Assembly (NCBI GenBank): GCA_964404725.1
Contig: CAYOLF010000060.1
Coordinates: forward strand, 17,946-32,000
Length of the DNA: 14,055 nucleotides
Reading direction: 5' to 3'
Origin: an uncultured Polyangiaceae bacterium
GTDB lineage: Bacteria; Myxococcota_A; Polyangia; Polyangiales; Polyangiaceae
Below are positions 1 to 7,385 of this stretch, piece by piece. The notes beneath the pieces are model-generated. The model searched no databases. It worked only from the letters and a program-made list of their open reading frames with translations, and was not told where the DNA came from. The position numbers and the translations under genes are program-made. Each line of letters begins with the position of its first letter. The stretch's first letter is position 1.

Positions 1-1404
1 GACCAGCCCGTACTTGTGCAGCTTGTCGTGCAGGGTCGCGCGGCTCAGGCCCAGGTGGAGCGCGGCCTCCCGGCGGCGGCCCTGGGCGGCCTCGAGGGCG
101 CGCACGATGAGGCCGCGCTCGTAGGCCTCGACGCGCTGGCGGAGCGAGAGCTGGCCCTCGGCGTCGGCGGCGCCCGCGTCCACCAGGGTGTCGCGCGGTG
201 CGGCGCCTCCGGTGGGCTCGGGGGCGCCGGGGCCGGAGGCGGGCGCGCCCCCGTCCGGTGGCAGCAGCGCGAGGTCGAGCTCACCGTCGACGCTCAGCGC
301 GACCAGCGCCTCGATGGTGTTCTCGAGCTCGCGCACGTTGCCGGGCCAGGGGTGCGCGACCAGGCGCGCGATGAGGTCCGGGGGCACGCGCAGGGGGCCG
401 ACGCCGAAGCGCTCGGCGTACCGCTGCAGGAAATGCCGGGTCAGGACGGGGATGTCCTCGAGGCGCTCCCGCAGCGGGGGCACGGTGAGCTCGACCACCT
501 TGAGGCGGTAGTAGAGGTCCTCGCGGAAGCGCCCCTCGGCGACCAGCCGCGGCAGGTCGCGGTGGGTCGCCGCCAGGATCCGAACGTCGATCGCGGTGGA
601 GCGGTCGTCGCCCACGGGCCGCACCTCGCCCTCCTGCAGAACGCGGAGCAGCTTCGCCTGCGTTCCCAGCGTCAGCTCGCCCACCTCGTCGAGCAGGAGG
701 GTGCCGCCGTTCGTCTCGCGGAACAGGCCGTTGCGCGCGCGCTGGGCGCCGGTGAAGGCGCCACGGGTGTGACCGAAGAGCTCGGCCTCGGCGAGCTCGT
801 CGGGCAGCGCGGCGCAGTTGAAGCGGAGGAAGGGGCGGCTCGCGCGCTCGCTCGCCCGCACGAGCGCCTCCGCCACCCGCTCCTTGCCGGTGCCGCTCTC
901 CCCCGTGAGCAGCACCGTGACGGCGCGGGGCGCCACGCGGTGCACCAGCCCAGCGAGGCGGCTCATGGCGGGGGAGGCGAAGATCAGCGACTGGCCGAGC
1001 GCGCTCTCGCCGCGGAGCTGCTCGTTCTCGCGCGCGAGCCGCACCGCCTCCAGCGCCCTGCGGGTCACCGCCAGGAGCTCGTCGAGCTCGAACGGCTTCT
1101 TGAAGTAGTCGTAGGCGCCGCGGCGGATCGCCTCCACGGCCAGGCGCTCGGAGCCGTGCGCCGTGATCAGGATCACCCTGAGCTCCGGCTGCTCGGCGCG
1201 CAGGTGATCCAGCAGCTCGAGCCCGTCCATCGGCGCCATCCGGAGGTCGCTCACCACCAGATCGAACGACTCCTCCCGGGCGCGCGCGAGGCCGTCCACG
1301 CCGTTCTCCGCCGTCACCACCGTGACCCCGGCGTCGCGCAGGATCTGGGCGATGGTGTAACGGACCCCCGCCTCGTCATCCACCACCAGCGCCCGGAAGG
1401 TCAC
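1..1404 (-). CDS. Sigma54-dependent (NtrC-family) response regulator with REC, AAA+ and Fis-type HTH domains. The 3' end is truncated by the window edge.
   Basis: The reverse frame is open for 468 codons, from GTG (complement of 1402-1404) to nt 1. It is absent from the ORF track because no stop lies in the window. My translation gives VTFRALVVDDEAGVRY...DLVVSDLRMAPMDG (receiver with phospho-Asp context), GESGTGKE (Walker A), GAFTGA (complement of 745-762, the sigma54-contact loop), and LGLSRATLHDKLHKYGLV (C-terminal HTH) at the edge. The start overlaps the kinase stop as GTGA. Confidence 0.93.
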   Translation of the reverse strand, partial: MTFRALVVDDEAGVRYTIAQILRDAGVTVVTAENGVDGLARAREESFDLVVSDLRMAPMDGLELLDHLRAEQPELRVILITAHGSERLAVEAIRRGAYDYFKKPFELDELLAVTRRALEAVRLARENEQLRGESALGQSLIFASPAMSRLAGLVHRVAPRAVTVLLTGESGTGKERVAEALVRASERASRPFLRFNCAALPDELAEAELFGHTRGAFTGAQRARNGLFRETNGGTLLLDEVGELTLGTQAKLLRVLQEGEVRPVGDDRSTAIDVRILAATHRDLPRLVAEGRFREDLYYRLKVVELTVPPLRERLEDIPVLTRHFLQRYAERFGVGPLRVPPDLIARLVAHPWPGNVRELENTIEALVALSVDGELDLALLPPDGGAPASGPGAPEPTGGAAPRDTLVDAGAADAEGQLSLRQRVEAYERGLIVRALEAAQGRRREAALHLGLSRATLHDKLHKYGLV

Positions 1405-2906
1405 GGCACCCCCTCCGGCGAGGTCGCCAGCGAGGGGTGCGCCGCCCCGGTCCGTGCCGGTGGCTCGCCGGGCGTCGGGTCGACCGGGCTCGGCGTGACG
1501 ACGGGCGGCAAGCGGGGCAGACGGAGCGTCGCCACGCAGCCGCGGCCCGGGGGCGACTCGAGCGTGACCTCGCCGCCGTGCTGGCGGGCCAGGCCGCGCG
1601 CGACCGTGAGGCCGAAGCCGCTGCCCTTCGGCTTGGTGGTCACCCCGGCGTCGAAGGCGCGGGTCAAGAGCCCTGGGGCTACGCCGGGGCCGGCGTCCTC
1701 GAGCGCGATCTGCGCCTCGCTGGGGGAGGCGGAGAGCCGCGCCCGGATGGCTCCCTGCTCGGGGCAGGCCTCGATGGCGTTCTGCAGCAGGTTGACCAGG
1801 ACCTGGTGGATCTTGCGCGGATCGGCCTGCACCGTCGGGTCCGTGCCGGGCTCCGTGACCACCTCCAACCGCAACCGCTTCTGGGCGAGCTGCCCCTCGT
1901 GCAGCGCGGCCACCTCCGCCAGCAGGGCGTCGAGGTCCGTCGCGCGGGTGGTGAGCGGGACCAGCGGGCGCGAGAGGTTCAAGAATCCCTCGAGCGTCGC
2001 TTGCATGCGATCCACCTCCCCGCGGAGCACCGCGAGGTGCTCCTGCTGATCGTCGCGGCAGCGCCGCGCCAGCAGGGCGGCGAGTCCCTTGACGCTGGCG
2101 AGCGGGTTCTTCAGCTCGTGCGCGATCTCGCCGGCGAGCCGGGTGAGCTCGTCGATGCGCTCGGCGTGGGTGCGGAGGGACTCGTCGCGGGCGGACGTCT
2201 CGCGCGTCAGAAGATCGCTGAACGCCATCCGGATGTGCGCCCCCAGCCCCAGCGTCACCAGCAGGAGCATCGTCTCCACCAGGAGCAGCGCGATCACGAA
2301 CAGCGGGGCTGGCGTGGCGTCGACGCCGTTGCGAAAAGGCAACGGCAGGAGCGGACCGAGGACGCCCGACAGCTCGAGCCCGGCCACCACCCATAGCCAG
2401 GCGATCACGGCGGCGATCTGGAGGCGGATCGCGCGGCGCTCCGGCATGGTGCTGGCGACGAAGCAGACCACCAGGAGCGCCATCACCACCGGGCTCATGA
2501 CGCCGCCGGTCGCGAGCACCACCACCCCCTGGATGACCGCGATCACGGCCAGGCGCGGGGGGAGCCGAACGGCGCGGCCGCGGCGCACCGCGCGGTCCTC
2601 GAGGGTGCTGAGCACCGCGGCGGTGCCGAGCGCGCAGACGATCGCGATCCGGCGCCAAAGGGTGGGATCGAACACCACCACGATGCAGCCGAGCAGCAGC
2701 GGGAGCGGCGCGACCGCGAAGCGCACCTGCAGGAAGAAGCGATAGACCCGGCGCCGGAGCTCGCGCTCGACGTCCTCGGCGGCGAGGCCCGCCGCCGCCG
2801 GCTCCCTTCTCGACCGGGACGACGCCATCGCGTCGCCAGCATAGCCGAAGACCTGGGGCGCCGGCGGGGTGGCGCGCGGCGGGCCGGGGGCGGGGGAGGG
2901 GGGCAT
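1401..2906 (-). CDS. Membrane-embedded sensor histidine kinase with about six TM helices, then HisKA and HATPase_c. No recognisable sensory domain.
   Basis: ORF track 1401..2960(-). The H-box is EIAHELKNPLASVKG, the N-box QVLVNLLQNAIEA, G1 LEDAGPGV and G2 GSGFGLTVARGL. The N-terminal half is a run of hydrophobic segments. The start is uncertain: the track start at 2960 is TTG, the first ATG is at 2906 (used here), and another ATG lies at 2828. High GC3 begins by 2906. Confidence 0.88.
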   Translation of the reverse strand: MPPSPAPGPPRATPPAPQVFGYAGDAMASSRSRREPAAAGLAAEDVERELRRRVYRFFLQVRFAVAPLPLLLGCIVVVFDPTLWRRIAIVCALGTAAVLSTLEDRAVRRGRAVRLPPRLAVIAVIQGVVVLATGGVMSPVVMALLVVCFVASTMPERRAIRLQIAAVIAWLWVVAGLELSGVLGPLLPLPFRNGVDATPAPLFVIALLLVETMLLLVTLGLGAHIRMAFSDLLTRETSARDESLRTHAERIDELTRLAGEIAHELKNPLASVKGLAALLARRCRDDQQEHLAVLRGEVDRMQATLEGFLNLSRPLVPLTTRATDLDALLAEVAALHEGQLAQKRLRLEVVTEPGTDPTVQADPRKIHQVLVNLLQNAIEACPEQGAIRARLSASPSEAQIALEDAGPGVAPGLLTRAFDAGVTTKPKGSGFGLTVARGLARQHGGEVTLESPPGRGCVATLRLPRLPPVVTPSPVDPTPGEPPARTGAAHPSLATSPEGVP

Positions 2907-3049
2907 GGTCGAGGCTTCCCGGGGACGCTCCTGCCCGGCCGCCGTGAGAGGGCCAAGCAACCTCAGTGCCAGGGCATCATCGGTGATCGTTTCGGCGGCG
3001 GTGGCCCCCGGGAGCCCGCCGCGGCTCGCGCTGCCGGCGTCGCCCGCCG

Positions 3050-3085
3050 CCGGATCCCCGGACGGATGATCCGGGAACCCGGACG
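3050..3085. promoter_or_regulatory. Candidate upstream activator (enhancer) site for the adjacent sigma54 activator.
   Basis: An inverted repeat ccggatc (3050-3056) / gatccgg (3068-3074) is interleaved with a direct repeat cccggacg (3057-3064 and 3078-3085, 21 bp apart). The site lies about 75-110 bp upstream of the -24 element. Short GC-rich repeats can arise by chance here. Confidence 0.25.
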
Positions 3086-3157
3086 TCAGCGGCGCTCCCC
3101 CGGTCGCTTCGCGCGTCCTCGCTCGCGATCACCCCGCGCGGCCGCCCCCGGCGGCGT

Positions 3158-3173
3158 CGGCACGGTCGTTGCT
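3158..3173 (+). promoter_or_regulatory. Sigma54 (RpoN) -24/-12 promoter for the efflux operon.
   Basis: The sequence is cGGCACG-gtcg-TTGCt, against the consensus TGGCACG-N4-TTGCW. GG sits at 3159-3160 and GC at 3171-3172, exactly 12 nt apart. The orientation is correct, 38 nt upstream of the ATG at 3211. An NtrC-type activator is encoded divergently. Confidence 0.7.
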
Positions 3174-3210
3174 CTCTCACGACGGGTCGTCCATCACCGC
3201 GAGTCCTCCG

Positions 3211-4245
3211 ATGCGTCGTCTGCTCGTCGTCTTCCTCGTCCTCACCGTCGCGCTCGCCGTCGCCGTCGCCTACAAGCTGAAGCAGCAGGACGCCGTCCTG
3301 ACGGCGCCCGCGGGGGGCTCGGGGATCGTCGAGGGGAGGGACGTGACGCTCGCCTCCCAGGTGGCGGCGCGAGTGGAGAAGGTGCTCGTCGCCGAGGGGC
3401 AGTCCGTCAAGCAGGGGGACCTGCTGGTCGTCCTCGACTGCCGCGATCTAGACGCGACCATCGCCGAGTCCGAGGCCCGGCTCGTCGCGGCGCGGGCCCA
3501 GCGCGACGGCGCGTCGGCGTCGGTCAAGGTCGCCAAGCAGTCGGCCGGTGCGGCCTACGCGCAGGTGCTCGCTGCCCGCACCCGCGGGCAGGTGACGGAG
3601 ACCCGCGAGGCAGCGGCGGCCCGCCAGGTTGCGCGCCTCGAACAGGTTGGCGACGGCGTCACGGCCGCCGCCCTCGACCAGTCGCAGTCGGAGGTCGCGT
3701 CGCTCTCGCTCGAGAAGGAGGCAGCGGTCGCTGCGACCCGCGCGACCGCGGCGCAGGCCGGCGCGGCGGCGGCGCAGGGGCAGGTGGCCGAGGCGCAGGC
3801 GCGCGCCGCCGACGCCACGGTCGCCAGTGCAGAGGCGGCGCTCGAGCGCGCGCGGATCCTGCGCCGCGACTGCGAGCTCTTCGCCCCGCGAGCGGGCGTG
3901 GTCGACCAAGTCTATTTCGAGGTGGGGGAGCTCGCGGCGCGTGGCGCGCCGCTGGTACGCCTGGTCGAGCTCGACCCGGTGACCATCACCTTCTACCTCC
4001 CGAACGCCGAGCTCGGTGCGGCCAGGATCGGGGCCGAGGTCGACGTCACCGCCGACGCCTACCCCGGCGTGACCTTCGCGGGTAGCGTCCGCACCGTCGC
4101 GCTCGAGGCCGCGTTCACCCCGCGCAACGTGCAGACCCGGACCGACCGCGATCGGCTCGTCTACCCGATCGAGGTCGTGGTCCCCAACCCCGAGCGCCGG
4201 CTCCGCCCCGGCATGCCCGCCGAGGTACGGGTGCGGGGCTGGTGA
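3211..4245 (+). CDS. HlyD-family membrane-fusion (periplasmic adaptor) protein, YbhG-like.
   Basis: Same frame as ORF track 3169..4245(+). The TTG at 3169 lies inside the -12 promoter element, so I prefer the ATG at 3211 (MRRLLVVFLVLTVALAVAVAY, an N-terminal TM anchor). The protein has a lipoyl-like VEKVLVAEGQSVKQGDLLVVLD segment and a long Ala-rich coiled coil. Its C-terminal FTPRNVQTRTDRDRLVYPIEVVV...LRPGMPAEVRV resembles the YbhG-type C-terminus. Confidence 0.9.
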   Translation: MRRLLVVFLVLTVALAVAVAYKLKQQDAVLTAPAGGSGIVEGRDVTLASQVAARVEKVLVAEGQSVKQGDLLVVLDCRDLDATIAESEARLVAARAQRDGASASVKVAKQSAGAAYAQVLAARTRGQVTETREAAAARQVARLEQVGDGVTAAALDQSQSEVASLSLEKEAAVAATRATAAQAGAAAAQGQVAEAQARAADATVASAEAALERARILRRDCELFAPRAGVVDQVYFEVGELAARGAPLVRLVELDPVTITFYLPNAELGAARIGAEVDVTADAYPGVTFAGSVRTVALEAAFTPRNVQTRTDRDRLVYPIEVVVPNPERRLRPGMPAEVRVRGW

Positions 4246-5252
4246 GCGGTGAGGCGCGGCCGATGACGACCCCTGACGACCCCGGCGAGGCGGTGCTGGT
4301 GGCGCACGAAGTCGAGCGGCGCTTCCACGCCGTCGAGGCTTTGCGCGGCGTCTCGCTCACGGTCCGGCGCGGCGAGCTGTTCGGGCTGGTCGGCCCCGAC
4401 GGCGCCGGCAAGACCACCATGATCCGGGCGCTCGCGGGGCTGATCGGGATCCAGGGTGGGACGGTGCGCGTGCTCGGCGAGGACCCGCTGACGTCCGTGA
4501 CCGTCCGCGACGCCATGGGCCTGATGCCCCAGCACTTCAGCCTGTACGGCGACCTGTCCGTCGGCGAAAACCTCCGCTTCTTCGGGCGCCTGTACTGCCT
4601 GTCGCGCCAACAGTACGCGGAGCGCTCCGCGCGCCTGCTCGGCATCACCCGGCTCGCTCCCTTCGTCGACCGTCGCGCCGCCGCCCTCTCGGGCGGCATG
4701 TACAAGAAGCTCGCCCTCGCCTGCGCGCTGCTGCACCGCCCGACGGTCCTGCTCCTCGACGAGCCGACCAACGGCGTCGATCCCGTGAGCCGCCGTGAGC
4801 TCTGGGACCTCTTGCACGAGTTCGTCGGCGAGGGCATGGCCGTGCTGCTCGCCACCGCGTACATGGAGGAGGCGGCGCGGTGTCACCGCGTGTGTCTGCT
4901 CCACGCGGGCCGCGTGCTGGCGCTGGGCGAGCCGCAGCGCCTGGTGCGCGCGCTCGAGCACGGGGTGTTCGAGGTGCGCGGCGGCGACCGCGCGGTCCTG
5001 CACGCCGCGCTCGAGGCGACCGCCGGGGTCGTCGCCGCCTCCCCCGCCGGCGCGCGCCTGCGCGTCGTGGTTGAGGCCGCGGCGGTGCCGGCGCTGCGCG
5101 ACGTGCTGGGCCGCAACGGCGCGGAGCTTCACCCCGTGACGGCCGACTTCGAGGACCTGTTCCTGGCCCGGACGAGCGCGGCGTCGCCCGCGGTGGGCCC
5201 GCGCGCGGAGCTCGGCGCCCCCGCGGCTGCGCTCCCCGGAGGTGCGTCGTGA
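4242..5252 (+). CDS. ABC transporter ATP-binding protein (NBD-1) whose H-loop His is replaced by Ala.
   Basis: Walker A is GPDGAGKTT, the Q-loop MPQ, the signature LSGGMYKKL, and Walker B/D-loop LLLDEPTNGVD. The H-loop position reads TAY (gcg at 4857-4859) instead of THY. The GTG start overlaps the upstream stop (GTGA at 4242-4245). An alternative ATG lies at 4263. Confidence 0.9.
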   Translation: MSGEARPMTTPDDPGEAVLVAHEVERRFHAVEALRGVSLTVRRGELFGLVGPDGAGKTTMIRALAGLIGIQGGTVRVLGEDPLTSVTVRDAMGLMPQHFSLYGDLSVGENLRFFGRLYCLSRQQYAERSARLLGITRLAPFVDRRAAALSGGMYKKLALACALLHRPTVLLLDEPTNGVDPVSRRELWDLLHEFVGEGMAVLLATAYMEEAARCHRVCLLHAGRVLALGEPQRLVRALEHGVFEVRGGDRAVLHAALEATAGVVAASPAGARLRVVVEAAAVPALRDVLGRNGAELHPVTADFEDLFLARTSAASPAVGPRAELGAPAAALPGGAS

Positions 5253-6190
5253 CCGAGCTTGCCATCGAGGTCGCCGCGCTCCACCGCACCTTCGGGCGCT
5301 TCGTGGCGGTGGACGACGTCTCGTTCACGGTGAAACAGGGCGAGATTTTCGGGTATCTCGGCGCTAATGGGGCCGGCAAGTCGACGACCATCCGCATGCT
5401 CTGTGGGCTCCTCCCGCCGTCCGGGGGTCGCGCGATCGTCGCGGGCTGCGTGGTGGGCAAGGACTCCTTCGCCCTGCGCTCGCGCATCGGCTACATGTCC
5501 CAGAAGTTCTCGCTCTACCTCGATCTCTCGGTGGCGGCGAACCTGGACTTCTTCGGGGGGGCCTACGGCATGCAGGGGCGCGCCCTCCGGACGCGGCGTG
5601 ACCAGCTCCTCGATCTCTTCGAGCTCAGCGAGCTCCGGCGGACCGTCACCGCCGAGCTCCCCGGCGGAGTCCGCCAGCGGCTCGCGCTCGCGACCGCGCT
5701 CCTGCACGAGCCGCGGATCGTGTTCCTCGACGAGCCCACGGCCGGGGTCGACCCGGGCTCCCGTCGCGCCTTCTGGCGCCTCATCCGCCAGCTCTCCGCC
5801 GGCGGGACCACGGTGTTCGTCACCACCCATTACATGGACGAGGCCGAGTACTGCTCGCGGATCGGGCTGATGGTGTCCGGAAAGCTCGTCGCCCTCGACA
5901 CCCCGTGGGAGCTCAAGCGGCGTTGGGTTCCCGGCGGGGTGGTCGCGGTGCGCGGCGTGACTCTGGCGAGCGTGCGCGCCGCGCTGGCGGGGCTGGAGGG
6001 GTTCCTCGCGGTCGAGCCGTTCGGCGCCACGGTTCGGGTGCGCCACGAGTTGGCGGCCAGGGCGGGGATCGAGGGCGTCCTCGCCGCGCTCCCGGGCGCG
6101 AGCTGGGAGTCGACCGACGTGTCGCTCGAGGACGTCTTTCTCGCCGTCGTGGCCGCTGGCGCGTCCGGCTCCTCGGGGGTCGCCGCATGA
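5249..6190 (+). CDS. ABC transporter ATP-binding protein (NBD-2) with a variant signature motif, LPGGV.
   Basis: Walker A is GANGAGKST, the Q-loop MSQ, the signature LPGGVRQRL (5657-5671 encodes LPGGV), Walker B VFLDEPTAGVD and the H-loop TTHYMDEAE. There is a GTGA overlap with NBD-1 at 5249-5252. Confidence 0.92.
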   Translation: MTELAIEVAALHRTFGRFVAVDDVSFTVKQGEIFGYLGANGAGKSTTIRMLCGLLPPSGGRAIVAGCVVGKDSFALRSRIGYMSQKFSLYLDLSVAANLDFFGGAYGMQGRALRTRRDQLLDLFELSELRRTVTAELPGGVRQRLALATALLHEPRIVFLDEPTAGVDPGSRRAFWRLIRQLSAGGTTVFVTTHYMDEAEYCSRIGLMVSGKLVALDTPWELKRRWVPGGVVAVRGVTLASVRAALAGLEGFLAVEPFGATVRVRHELAARAGIEGVLAALPGASWESTDVSLEDVFLAVVAAGASGSSGVAA

Positions 6191-7335
6191 GCCATGGCGC
6201 CCGCTTCCGCTCGCTCCGTCGCGTGGCGGCGATGGCCACCAAGGAGGCGGACCACATCCGTCGCGACCCGCTCACGCTCTTCCTCGCCGTCGTCATGCCG
6301 GTGGGGCTGCTGGTGCTGTTCGGCTACGGGGTCACCTTCGACCTCGAGCGGCTCCCCATCGCCGTCGTCGATCAGGACCGCACGCCGGAGTCGCGGTCGA
6401 TCACCGAGGCCTTCGCCCACTCCCGTGAGCTGGTGGTCAGCGCCCGGCCCGACGCGCTCGCCGACGCCGACCGCGAGCTCCGCCGCGGGCGCGCGGTGGC
6501 GGCGCTGATCATCCCGAAGGGGTTCGCCCGGTCCCTCGGTCGCGGAGAGGCGGGCGAGCTGCAGCTCGTCGTGGACGGCGTCGACGCCTCCACCGCCGTG
6601 CAGACGATCAACAAGACGGAGGCGATCGCCAGCCTCGCGCTCCCCGCCTATGCTGTGGCCGTCGACGCCGCGGCCGTTCCCGGCGCGCCGCGCCTCGTCG
6701 CCCAGACCTGGACCCTCTATAACCCCGCCGGGCGCTCGGCGCTGTTCATCGTGCCGGGGTTGATGGCCTATGTTCTCGCCATGGTGTGCGTGCTGCTCAC
6801 CGCGCTCACCGTCGCGCGGGAGTGGGAGCGGGGCTCGATGGAACAGCTCTTCACGACCCCTATCCGTCGTGGCGAGATCATCCTCGGCAAGCTTATCCCC
6901 TACGTCGCGGTCGGCGCCATCGGGGTGCTGCTGGTGCTGGCCCTCGGCTCGTGGATCTTCGACGTCCCGCTCCGCGGCTCGCTCCCCGCGCTCGCGGTGG
7001 CCTCGCTCCTCTTCCTCATTGGCATGCTCGGCCAGGGGCTCTTGGTGTCCGTGGTGACCAAGAACCAGACGGTCGCTACCCAGGTGGGCCTGCTGACCTC
7101 GATGCTCCCGGTCATGGTGCTGAGCGGCTTCGTCTTTCCGATCGCCAACATGCCGCGCGTGCTGCAGGCCCTGGCGGTGGTGATGCCCGCCACCCACTAC
7201 ATCTCCGCCCTGCGTGGCATCCTGCTCCGCGGCAACGGCTTTGCCGTTCTCTGGCCCCAGCTGCTGGCGCTCGCCGCCTTCGCGCTCGGGATCGTCGCGC
7301 TGAGCACCGCCAAGTTCCGGCGGAGGATCGATTGA
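6187..7335 (+). CDS. ABC-2 type transporter permease (YbhS/YbhR-like).
   Basis: Same frame as ORF track 5905..7335(+). The upstream 94 codons are Arg/Gly-rich shadow over NBD-2. The ATG at 6187 overlaps the NBD-2 stop (ATGA). Topology is an N-terminal TM (LTLFLAVVMPVGLLVLFGY), an extracytoplasmic domain of about 150 aa, then five C-terminal TM segments. Confidence 0.9.
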   Translation: MSHGARFRSLRRVAAMATKEADHIRRDPLTLFLAVVMPVGLLVLFGYGVTFDLERLPIAVVDQDRTPESRSITEAFAHSRELVVSARPDALADADRELRRGRAVAALIIPKGFARSLGRGEAGELQLVVDGVDASTAVQTINKTEAIASLALPAYAVAVDAAAVPGAPRLVAQTWTLYNPAGRSALFIVPGLMAYVLAMVCVLLTALTVAREWERGSMEQLFTTPIRRGEIILGKLIPYVAVGAIGVLLVLALGSWIFDVPLRGSLPALAVASLLFLIGMLGQGLLVSVVTKNQTVATQVGLLTSMLPVMVLSGFVFPIANMPRVLQALAVVMPATHYISALRGILLRGNGFAVLWPQLLALAAFALGIVALSTAKFRRRID

Positions 7336-7360
7336 CCGGGGGCGGGCGACCCCCACCGGT
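7335..7360 (+). other. GC-rich stem-loop in the 50-nt gap between the two permease genes.
   Basis: accgg (7335-7339) pairs with ccggt (7356-7360), and ggg (7340-7342) pairs with ccc (7352-7354) with one bulged A. This is the only non-overlapping junction in the operon. Confidence 0.3.
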
Positions 7361-7385
7361 CCATCGCTGACGGATACACCCGATC

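Noticed and set aside
16-2049. The 677-aa plus-strand ORF, the longest at the left end.
   Set aside because: It lies antisense to the response-regulator and kinase genes, which have unmistakable motifs (GAFTGA, Walker A, H-box). Its translation is Arg/Ala/Gly/Pro-rich shadow sequence with no motifs.
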